Below the pieces are notes generated by a model. That model was given only the letters and a program-made list of their open reading frames with translations. It was not told the origin of the DNA and did not search any database. This document shows, piece by piece, positions 1 through 8,277 of a stretch of 32,000 nt of DNA (positions within the stretch are counted from its first letter, which is position 1; every line of letters begins with the position of its first letter). Position numbers and translations under genes: made by a program. Source of the stretch: Candidatus Brocadia sp. GTDB lineage: Bacteria > Planctomycetota > Brocadiia > Brocadiales > Brocadiaceae. Location of the stretch: assembly GCA_021650915.1 (NCBI GenBank), contig CP091279.1, positions 3,090,001 through 3,122,000 of the forward strand, read 5' to 3'.

Positions 1-1142
1 TCAGGAAGGCTGATATTATTTTTGTTTCTGTCAACACACCCACAAAAACGTATGGTAGCGGAGCGGGTAAAACCGCCGATCTGCAGTATTGGGAAAAAAC
101 CGCAAGAAACATTGTTCGTATTGCAGAATCAGACAAAATCATTGTTGAAAAAAGCACGTTGCCTGTCCGAACTGCGGAGGCTATGGAACGGATTCTCAAT
201 ACGATGAACAAAGGAATCCATTTTGATGTAATCTCGAACCCGGAATTTTTAGCCGAAGGGACTGCCATTTCTGATCTGGAAAACCCGGATCGTGTGCTTA
301 TCGGATCCCATGAAACCGATAAGGGACGCAGGGCAAGGGAAGAAATTGTTGAAATCTACGCCAATTGGGTTCCGAGAGATCGGATTATTACCTGCGATGT
401 CTGGAGTGCAGAACTTTCAAAGCTGGTGGCAAATGCCTTTTTGGCGCAAAGAATCTCCTCAATCAACAGCATCTCCGCCTTATGCGAAAGAACGCAGGCG
501 GATGTCAAAAAGGTGGCGCACGCAATTGGCATGGATTCCCGGATTGGATCAAAATTTCTGAACGCAAGCGTTGGGTTCGGCGGGTCTTGCTTCCGGAAAG
601 ACATCCTGAATTTAGTTTATATTTGTGAGCATTATGGTCTCCATGAAGTTGCACAATATTGGGAGAGCGTCGTAAAAATCAATGAGTACCAGGAAGGACG
701 CTTTGTGAAAACCATGATCCATGCAATGTTCAACACGATTGCTCACAAACGTATTGCTCTCTTTGGTTTTGCCTTTAAAGCGAATACGGGTGATACGCGG
801 GAATCACCGGCTATTTATGTTGTCAGAAAGTTGGTTGAAGAACATGCGCGTGTCGTGATCACTGACCCTGAAGCATTGCGCAATGCGGAGCAAGACTTAA
901 AAGACTTACATGAGTATGTTGAGTTCGAACCTGATCCTTATAAGGCAGCACGGCATGCACATGCTATTGCAGTTACAACGGAATGGGATCAGTATAAGAC
1001 ACTGGATTATAAAAAAATTTTTGAAAACATGGAAAAGCCAGCCTTTCTTTTCGACGGTCGTAATATTTTAGATCATCAAAAAATCCATGAAATCGGCTTT
1101 AACGTTTATCCGATAGGAAAACAGTCTCTTGTCCATTTCTAA
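1..1142 (+). CDS. ugd: UDP-glucose 6-dehydrogenase; 5' end lies outside the window
   Basis: Frame 3 is open from nt 3 (RKADIIFVSVNTPTKTYG..KIIVEKSTLPVRTAEAMERIL) and runs straight into listed ORF 159..1142, so the listed Met is internal. Contains the catalytic-Cys motif GFGGSCFRKD and FAFKANTGDTRESPA, typical of the UDPGDH family. Confidence 0.9.
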   Translation, partial: RKADIIFVSVNTPTKTYGSGAGKTADLQYWEKTARNIVRIAESDKIIVEKSTLPVRTAEAMERILNTMNKGIHFDVISNPEFLAEGTAISDLENPDRVLIGSHETDKGRRAREEIVEIYANWVPRDRIITCDVWSAELSKLVANAFLAQRISSINSISALCERTQADVKKVAHAIGMDSRIGSKFLNASVGFGGSCFRKDILNLVYICEHYGLHEVAQYWESVVKINEYQEGRFVKTMIHAMFNTIAHKRIALFGFAFKANTGDTRESPAIYVVRKLVEEHARVVITDPEALRNAEQDLKDLHEYVEFEPDPYKAARHAHAIAVTTEWDQYKTLDYKKIFENMEKPAFLFDGRNILDHQKIHEIGFNVYPIGKQSLVHF

Positions 1143-1263
1143 TTCTAAACTACGCAAGCGACTCAAAAAAATCCGGCATTCTGTATGTCTCCCTTTCCTA
1201 ACATGAGCTACGTTCGAATCAAATTGAATGTAGCGTCGTTTTTTGATACTATTTTGATGCTCT

Positions 1264-2073
1264 ATGGAACAACTTACTCCCGCAAATTTCTTTAGCAAGG
1301 CGCGCATCCACGTCTTGCTCTTTATCGCAACGTTTTTAACTACCTATTATGTAAATGGTCCCTGGTACTCTGTTACCATCATGATGATACTGCTTTCTCA
1401 CGAATTAGGGCATTTTTTCATGTGTCGCAAGTATCATGTTGCCGCCACAATGCCTTATTTTCTCCCCCTTCCCTTTCCACCCTTTGGCACCTTTGGGGCG
1501 GTAATCAAAATGAAGGGGCTTATCCCCGACAAGAGGGCATTGTTTGATATCGGCGCCACAGGCCCGTTGATGGGTCTCTTCCTTTCCATCCCTGCGATTA
1601 TTATCGGTTTAAACCTCTCGGACGTGCGTCCCGTACCCACCGATACCTCTGATTACCTGGGACTGGGAGAACCCATTCTGTTTTCATTTATATCGAAACT
1701 GGTGTTTGGCCATTTGCCCGATGGAATGGATATTTATCTCCACCCTGTCGCCTTTGCGGGCTGGGCAGGACTCTTTGTCACGGCGCTCAATCTGCTGCCG
1801 ATTGGGCAGCTTGACGGCGGACACATCCTGTATGCCTTATTGGGCAAAAAGAGTGCGATTATCTATCGCATAGGCATCTTTATCTTTTGCGTAATAGCGA
1901 TCCTGGTATATCCCGGCTGGATGGTTTTTGCCATATTGCTCCTTATCTTTGGCTTCAGACATCCGGCTCCCATCGACGAAGTCTCCGGGCTCGACCTCAA
2001 ACGCAAGATACTCGGGATCATCCTGTTCATCGTGTTTTTAGTCTCCTTTACCCCGGTACCCCTGAAATTGTAA
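1264..2073 (+). CDS. M50 family (site-2-protease-like) integral membrane metalloprotease
   Basis: HELGHF (HExxH) lies inside a hydrophobic segment. The second family motif NLLPIGQLDGGH is present, along with multiple predicted TM helices. Confidence 0.85.
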   Translation: MEQLTPANFFSKARIHVLLFIATFLTTYYVNGPWYSVTIMMILLSHELGHFFMCRKYHVAATMPYFLPLPFPPFGTFGAVIKMKGLIPDKRALFDIGATGPLMGLFLSIPAIIIGLNLSDVRPVPTDTSDYLGLGEPILFSFISKLVFGHLPDGMDIYLHPVAFAGWAGLFVTALNLLPIGQLDGGHILYALLGKKSAIIYRIGIFIFCVIAILVYPGWMVFAILLLIFGFRHPAPIDEVSGLDLKRKILGIILFIVFLVSFTPVPLKL

Positions 2074-2094
2074 CTCAGCGTCCGTGTTCAAGCC

Positions 2095-3180
2095 ATGAAA
2101 GCCAAGGTCGTTGTTGCCATGAGCGGTGGTGTTGATAGCAGCGTTGCCGCGCATCTTCTGGTTGAGCAGGGGTATGAGGTCGTAGGCCTGTTTATGCGTT
2201 TGGGTATTGATAAACTCGATACGACAACCAAGACCAAGATTTGCTGCAGTCTGGAGGATGCGCAGGATGCCCGTACCGTGGCGGATCAACTTGGCATTCA
2301 ATTCCATGTCCTCAATTTTAAAGATGCCTTTAACCGTATTATTAATACCTTTTGCACCGAATACCTCAATGGCAGAACCCCCAATCCGTGCATCCTCTGC
2401 AATCAGGATCTCAAATTCGGCAGGTTGCTGGATTTTGCGAAGATGCTGAATGCTGATTTTATTGCAACCGGGCACTATGCAAAAGTTGAAAAGGCGTGCG
2501 ACCGGTATCTCCTGAAAAAGGGTGCCGATTCCCGCAAGGATCAATCCTATGTATTGTTCTCGTTGAATCAGGAGCAGCTCTCACGAACCATCTTTCCTTT
2601 GGGTATGGTAACCAAAGAGGCTGTCCGGGAAATTGCCAGGAACTTAAATTTAAAGACCAAGGATAAACCGGAAAGCCAGGACGTCTGTTTTGTCCTCGAC
2701 AATAACTACCATACCCTTTTATATGAAAGATTCGGGGATCGTATAACTCCGGGACTTCTTAAGGACACGAAGGGAAACGTTCTGGGAAGACATCAGGGGT
2801 TGCCCTTCTTCACCATTGGACAACGCAAAGGGCTTGGCGTTGCCCTGGGTACACCCCGGTATGTTGTCGATATAAACCCGCAGGAGAATACGGTCGTGAT
2901 TGGTACCGATGCCGAACTCTTGGAGAACGAATTGGTGGCATCAGCGATAAATTGGATATCGATTGATAAACTTGATACCCCCTTGAACGTGCAGGCAAAG
3001 ATCCGTTACCATCACGTCGCAGCAGACGCTACCGTTTATCCTGATAAGCCGGATGCGGTGCGTGTTGTGTTCAAAGAACCACAGAGGGCCATCACTCCGG
3101 GGCAGGCAGTCGTTTTTTATGATAACGACACGGTTGTAGGAGGAGGATGGATCGAGAGAAAAAGCGGAAAAACCTCTTAG
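2095..3180 (+). CDS. mnmA: tRNA-specific 2-thiouridylase MnmA
   Basis: PP-loop AMSGGVDSSVAA. Catalytic cysteines sit in TPNPCILCN and QDVCFV. Contains ATGHYA..KDQSYVL and is colinear with MnmA over its full length. Confidence 0.92.
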   Translation: MKAKVVVAMSGGVDSSVAAHLLVEQGYEVVGLFMRLGIDKLDTTTKTKICCSLEDAQDARTVADQLGIQFHVLNFKDAFNRIINTFCTEYLNGRTPNPCILCNQDLKFGRLLDFAKMLNADFIATGHYAKVEKACDRYLLKKGADSRKDQSYVLFSLNQEQLSRTIFPLGMVTKEAVREIARNLNLKTKDKPESQDVCFVLDNNYHTLLYERFGDRITPGLLKDTKGNVLGRHQGLPFFTIGQRKGLGVALGTPRYVVDINPQENTVVIGTDAELLENELVASAINWISIDKLDTPLNVQAKIRYHHVAADATVYPDKPDAVRVVFKEPQRAITPGQAVVFYDNDTVVGGGWIERKSGKTS

Positions 3181-3447
3181 CACGCCTAAAGCTCCCATAC
3201 GATCTCCACACAATGCATTTCGAGGCTTGTGAACAACCCCAAGGGCGGTGAATAATCCCGCCAAAAGCATCCCTGTGACATTTCTGTAAGAGCGGAAAAG
3301 AATTTGACTTATCAATCGTAATGTACTAAAGTAAACATCCTTAAGCCCGTTGTTTTAAGAGAAAAATGGTAGTGCACAGAAAATCTGTATTTCTTGTGGT
3401 ATGAGGGGCAAGGAAAAAGGTTCGTACATTTATGGCTGCGTCACGCG

Positions 3448-4854
3448 ATGGATACTGTTGCCGGTAAAAAGCTAACGACAGACGGATTGTCACGCGAATT
3501 AAGTCGGCTTGTGGGAAAGAAAAACGTGCTTTCCGCACTCGAAGACCGTATCTGTTATTCATGCGATGGCTCTAAACAAAGATACGTACCAGACATTGTG
3601 GTACGACCGCAATCTGCCCAGGATGTCTCTGCAACAGTACAGTTTGCGCATGAAAACGATATGCCCGTGTATCCCCGCGGTGCAGGTTCAGGACTTACCG
3701 GCGGCGCCGTTCCGGTAAAGGGCGGCATCGTATTGGATTTCACCCAGATGAATCACATTGTAGAGATCAGCCCTGAAGACCTGACGGCCACGGTAGAACC
3801 AGGGGTTGTCACCCAAACGTTACAAAATGAGGTTGCAAAACACAAGCTGTTTTATCCACCTGATCCCGCCAGCGCCCCGTTCTCCACGATAGGCGGCAAT
3901 GTAGCAGAGTGTTCCGGCGGAATCACCGGTTTAAAATACGGCGTTACGCGGGATTATATTTTGTCGCTGGAGGTTGTTCTTGCCAACGGCAGCGTTATTC
4001 ACACGGGCCGCAAGACGCTGAAGAGCGTCACGGGTTATGATCTTACCCGTCTTTTTGTTGGCTCAGAAGGCACACTGGGTGTTTTTACCCGGATTACGGT
4101 AAAACTGCTTCCCCTCCCGGAGAAGATCGAGACCCTTCTGGTCTTTTTTGCAACAACACAGGATGCAGTACAATCAGCAAGCCAGATTATTTTCAACAAC
4201 CTCTTACCCCGTGCGATGGAATTTATTGACAAATCCAGCATCACCTGCATTCAGGGATACCGGCAGGAGATGCAAATTCCCGCAGAGGTGAATGCCTTGC
4301 TCCTTATCGATATCGATGGAAAAGAGGCGAGCGTCAAAGCCGAAGCGTCTCTCATAGAGGAAATTGTCAGAAAAAATCATGCAATCCGTGTTGCTTCAGC
4401 AAAGAACGGTCAGGAACGAGATGTCCTCTGGGAGGTAAGGCGCGCCATCTCTCCGGCGCTCTATAATATCGCACCTTATAAAATCAACGAAGACATCTGC
4501 GTTCCACGGAGCAGGATCCTGGAAATATTGGACAGGATAGCCAATATCCACAACCGGTATCCGTCCTTAAAAGTTGCTTGCTTTGGGCATATTGGCGACG
4601 GCAATATCCATGTAAATGTCATGTACGACAAAGGAGATCAGCAAAAGACATTTGCAGAGCGGATGATTGAAGAAATCCTCCGCAACACTGTGGAAGTGGG
4701 GGGGACAATTTCGGGAGAACATGGTATCGGAAATGTGAAATCGGCTTTTCTCTCCTATGAAATTCCTCCCATGGAGTTAGAAATCATGAAAGATATTAAG
4801 CGCCTCTTGGATCCCAAAGGCATATTGAATCCGGGAAAGATGTTTTCCTGCTAA
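3448..4854 (+). CDS. glcD: FAD-linked oxidase, glycolate oxidase subunit GlcD-like
   Basis: FAD-binding PCMH-type motif PRGAGSGLTGGAVP. C-terminal GTISGEHGIG..LDPKGILNPGK is typical of the GlcD/D-lactate dehydrogenase family. The ORF-track start at 3394 is a TTG; I prefer the first ATG at 3448 (MDTVAGKK), but the start is uncertain. Confidence 0.8.
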   Translation: MDTVAGKKLTTDGLSRELSRLVGKKNVLSALEDRICYSCDGSKQRYVPDIVVRPQSAQDVSATVQFAHENDMPVYPRGAGSGLTGGAVPVKGGIVLDFTQMNHIVEISPEDLTATVEPGVVTQTLQNEVAKHKLFYPPDPASAPFSTIGGNVAECSGGITGLKYGVTRDYILSLEVVLANGSVIHTGRKTLKSVTGYDLTRLFVGSEGTLGVFTRITVKLLPLPEKIETLLVFFATTQDAVQSASQIIFNNLLPRAMEFIDKSSITCIQGYRQEMQIPAEVNALLLIDIDGKEASVKAEASLIEEIVRKNHAIRVASAKNGQERDVLWEVRRAISPALYNIAPYKINEDICVPRSRILEILDRIANIHNRYPSLKVACFGHIGDGNIHVNVMYDKGDQQKTFAERMIEEILRNTVEVGGTISGEHGIGNVKSAFLSYEIPPMELEIMKDIKRLLDPKGILNPGKMFSC

Positions 4855-4887
4855 AAAAGGTAAATGTAATGTTAAGGGATTTGGAAT

Positions 4888-4927
4888 CTGCGGTAGTAGA
4901 GCGACGAGCCTCGTCGCTCTACTGCAG
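4888..4927. repeat. GC-rich palindromic hairpin element, copy 1 (related copy at 10989-11024)
   Basis: CTGC(ggt)AGTAGAGCGACGAG c CTCGTCGCTCTACTGCAG gives a ~17-bp stem, followed by AAAGTCGCCGAAGAC. It lies 34 nt after the glcD stop. There is no U-tract, so it is not a canonical intrinsic terminator. Confidence 0.7.
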
Positions 4928-5006
4928 ATAAAAAGTCGCCGAAGACTTGATTTAAATTTGAATTTACCGTTTAACTGAAATTAATGAGAAAAGGAGATAT
5001 TGGTAT

Positions 5007-6194
5007 ATGACGTTATCCAGAATTGCCAGGGAGGTAAAGACGTCGGCAACGCTTGCCATCACCGCCAAGGCCAAACAACTAGCGGCAAAAGGTGTAGATG
5101 TAATTGGTTTTGGCGCGGGAGAGCCCGATTTTGACGTACCGGAAAATGTAAAAAATGCCGCAATCAAGGCTATCAAAGACGGCTACAACAAATATACGCC
5201 TACCGCTGGTGCGCCGGACCTGAAGGAGGCCATCTGTGAAAAGCTGCTTAAGGACAACCAGTTGAAATACACCCCTTCCCAAATCCTTGTGTCTGCAGGG
5301 GCGAAACAAGCCATTCTGAACATTGTGCTCGTCCTGTGTGACTCAGGAGACGAAGCCATCATCCCGTCTCCATACTGGGTGAGCTATTCCGAAATGGTCA
5401 TCATGGCAGGGGCAAAACCGGTATTTCTCAATACCACGGACAGGGAACATTTCAAGATAACCAAAGAAACACTAGCCAAAGTGATAACGCCCCGGACGAA
5501 AATGCTTTTTATGAATAGTCCGAATAATCCGACGGGCATGGTTTATACGGAAAAGGAGTTAAGGGAAATTGTGTGTTTTGCGGTTGAAAAAGGAATTTAC
5601 GTTATCTCCGACGAGATTTACGAAAAGATTTTATATGATGGAGTAAAACACATCAGTCCCGCTACCTTGGGTGACGAATGCTACAAAAAGGTAATTACGG
5701 TAAATGGTTTTTCCAAGGTATACTCCATGACGGGTTGGCGTCTTGGTTATGCCGCCGGCCCTGAAGAAATCATCAAGGCGGCAACGAATATCCAGGACCA
5801 CACAACCTCCGGTGCAAATTCCATTACGCAGAAGGCGGGTGTCGAGGCATTAAAAGGCAATCAGGACCCGGTGATTTTTATGATAAAGGAATTTGATAAG
5901 CGGCGCCGGTATATCGTTGAGCGCCTAAACAAGATCAAGGGCGTTTCCTGCCTGCTTCCGCAGGGCGCATTTTACGTATTCCCCAGGGTATCCGATCTTT
6001 ACAAAAGAAAAATTGCCGGCCAATCCGTGGCGAATTCTTTCGATCTGGTGAACCTCTTGCTCGAAAAGACCTTTGTCGCCTTCGTCCCCGGCGCCCCTTT
6101 CGGAGCGGATGATTACATCAGAATTTCCTATGCAACCTCCATGGCAAATATTGAAAAAGGGATAGACCGGTTTGAGAAATTCTTGGGCAGTTAG
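5007..6194 (+). CDS. aspC: Class I aminotransferase, aspartate aminotransferase-like
   Basis: PLP-lysine motif NGFSKVYSMTGWRLGY plus SPNNPTG and GAGEPDF. AAGGAG lies about 10 nt upstream of the ATG. Confidence 0.88.
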   Translation: MTLSRIAREVKTSATLAITAKAKQLAAKGVDVIGFGAGEPDFDVPENVKNAAIKAIKDGYNKYTPTAGAPDLKEAICEKLLKDNQLKYTPSQILVSAGAKQAILNIVLVLCDSGDEAIIPSPYWVSYSEMVIMAGAKPVFLNTTDREHFKITKETLAKVITPRTKMLFMNSPNNPTGMVYTEKELREIVCFAVEKGIYVISDEIYEKILYDGVKHISPATLGDECYKKVITVNGFSKVYSMTGWRLGYAAGPEEIIKAATNIQDHTTSGANSITQKAGVEALKGNQDPVIFMIKEFDKRRRYIVERLNKIKGVSCLLPQGAFYVFPRVSDLYKRKIAGQSVANSFDLVNLLLEKTFVAFVPGAPFGADDYIRISYATSMANIEKGIDRFEKFLGS

Positions 6195-6375
6195 TGGATC
6201 GTTTCAGAAAAAACACAAAAATAACAAACATGTATGGATATTGAAAAACTTATCCTTTGTGCCAATTCTCTGCGACATCAGCTATGCTATACGATAAAAT
6301 GCTGACAATAAATAGAATAAAGGTAAAAATGAATGTTATATGACTACCAGTCAGACGACAGGATGGTGATGCATG

Positions 6376-6735
6376 TCAATTTATGCTCTGCCTTGAAAAT
6401 CTCTTGCCCTCTCCACATGTCGTCTCGACCCCAAGTATCCGCTGATGGCTGACAAAATCATCCAACCGATCATAGTCTGCATCCAACCCCAATCCCACTG
6501 CCGATAAGACCAGGATATGCCACAATTCCATCCCGTATCTCCTCGTCTTTTTCTTCCCCTCCAGCGCCTTCTCCTCTAAAATCCTGAATACCTCTTCGTT
6601 CAATTCCGGGGTGGCGTAGATATGTTGCAATGCCCTCAGTATTGGCGGTAGTTCATCCCTGCTTTTTAACGGTAGTTTTACTTCCGAAATGGATATGACT
6701 CCAAGTTTCCGTTGTTGTTCAAATCGTTTTCTCAT
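6376..6735 (-). pseudogene. N-terminal fragment of a transposase (ISNCY-like by recollection); truncated remnant
   Basis: The 119-aa ORF has LPLKSRDELPPILRALQHIY..RRYGMELWHILVLSAVGLGLDADYDRLDDFVSHQRILG. This resembles the N-terminal region of ISNCY-type transposases. The catalytic part (~300 aa) is missing and the surroundings are AT-rich. Confidence 0.5.
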
Positions 6736-7333
6736 CTTTTCACGAATGTCCTTTGCCTTTTTTGTTTATGCGTCATTTGAAGATAAACATGATGAAAAAT
6801 GTTATAAGGAATATGATTATGGGTTTTTGCATGTGATTTATACTGGAATAGACAAAATACAGGGTGGAGTGTTCTATGGCGAAAAGGCTGTCAAGTCGGC
6901 CTTTGGTAAGAATAAAGAAAAGGAAAGTAAGTACCTGAAATTACTGAATAAAATAGATCAGTTGGTTGAAGAAATTGCAAAAGTAGCTGGCATCTTTAAG
7001 AGGGAGTCGGAGAAAAAGTATAGAAAGAACAAAAGTATGACTTATAATGTCTATTTGCAAGAGTAATAACATTTGTATTGTAATCGCTCGCCATATTTGA
7101 TAATTTTCTTTTTGCTTATAAGTAGGATAGAACATTGCATAAAAGCAACCTGCGTATCTTTGTGAGTAACTGTACGGATAGAAATAGTGGATGATTATCA
7201 AAGATGGTTCTATTACGATTTACGATAAGGGCTGGAAGGCAAAGGGATACGGGAAGGTGGAACAATAACTTAATTCCGGTTCTACCTTGCTTGTTCTCAA
7301 ACCTTGTGCTGGATCTGTTTAAGCATCTTTTTT

Positions 7334-7364
7334 GCTCGTTCCCAAACGGAGTTTGGGAACGAGC
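7334..7364. repeat. Perfect 14-bp-stem hairpin (palindromic element)
   Basis: GCTCGTTCCCAAAC gga GTTTGGGAACGAGC. It is preceded by a T-run on the plus strand and has no downstream U-tract in either orientation. Confidence 0.6.
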
Positions 7365-7452
7365 CATACTGAAAACAGGGCGCCGAGACCATTGCACTCC
7401 TGAACCATGTTTATTGGCGCAAACAAAGCGAAGGGTAGAGAGATGAGATGAG

Positions 7453-8064
7453 ATGAGATACGTCACAACACTGGTGTTTCTTGCGGCAGCCGCATACGCG
7501 ACATTGCGCTACAATGTGTTTAAGGGAGTTCCCTGGAGCGACTGGTCCACTTACGTCATGAACAAGGCTGTTGCGCTCTCAGCGCTTGCCTTCATGGCAC
7601 TCGAAGTCTTCCGCAGTCGCAGGTACCCTGATCAAGGGGAGTCGTATTTCTTGCGTATTGCCGGTCTGTTCGCTGCCACCCATGTGTTTTTGTCGCTGAT
7701 GCTGCTGTCGCCAGCCTATTACGAAAAACTCTATCAGCAGGACAAACTGACTGTGTCCGCCGGCATGTCACTGGCGCTTGGTGCGGTCACTGCCGCCGCG
7801 ATGTCGCTCGGGGCAATCCGGTCTCGATCGTCGAGTACGGACGGAGTAGTCAATGACCTGGCTGTACTGTGCTTCGTGATTGGTCTCCATGCCATGCTGA
7901 TAGGCTTTGCGGGATGGTTTGCTCCTCTAAAGTGGCCTGGGCTGATGCCACCCATTACGCTCATTTCGTTCCTATTGGGGACGGCGGCGCTTGCCTCAGG
8001 ATTGTGGCCGGGAAGGAAATTTAGCGATTCCCATACCAACAAGCCATCCGACCATACGGACTAA
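7453..8064 (+). CDS. Hypothetical polytopic membrane protein
   Basis: 203 aa with 5-6 hydrophobic helices (LVFLAAAAYATL, AVALSALAFMAL, IAGLFAATHVFLSLMLL, LAVLCFVIGLHAMLIGFAGWF, ITLISFLLGTAALASGLW). It is visibly more GC-rich than its flanks. I recognise no family motif. Confidence 0.6.
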   Translation: MRYVTTLVFLAAAAYATLRYNVFKGVPWSDWSTYVMNKAVALSALAFMALEVFRSRRYPDQGESYFLRIAGLFAATHVFLSLMLLSPAYYEKLYQQDKLTVSAGMSLALGAVTAAAMSLGAIRSRSSSTDGVVNDLAVLCFVIGLHAMLIGFAGWFAPLKWPGLMPPITLISFLLGTAALASGLWPGRKFSDSHTNKPSDHTD

Positions 8065-8277
8065 CGCGCTCTGGTCAATGGTGATGAAGCGGGCTAAGTT
8101 GGGGAAGATACCGTAATGATGTGTAAGGAATAACCCTGTTTCTGGCAAACTGAGAACTAGAAATTATATTCCATGACAACTATTAAATGGTTGGATTAAA
8201 GGAGGGAAATGATATAATAAATAAGTTGTCAACGGTTCAGAATTAAATTTTTCACCTCTTTGCAGGAAAATATTTCT

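Noticed and set aside
22-207. 61-aa ORF at the window start
   Set aside because: It is out of frame with, and fully overlapped by, the ugd reading frame, which is open from nt 3 and has clear UDPGDH homology.
6689-7066. 125-aa AT-rich ORF next to the transposase fragment
   Set aside because: It has no SD and no recognisable motif. Its 5' end overlaps the transposase fragment start on the opposite strand. It could be a remnant of IS cargo, but I cannot support calling it a gene.
7116-7466. ORFs 7116..7466 (minus) and 7204..7446 (plus)
   Set aside because: They are mutually overlapping readings through the perfect palindrome at 7334-7364. This is typical of repeat-derived pseudo-ORFs.
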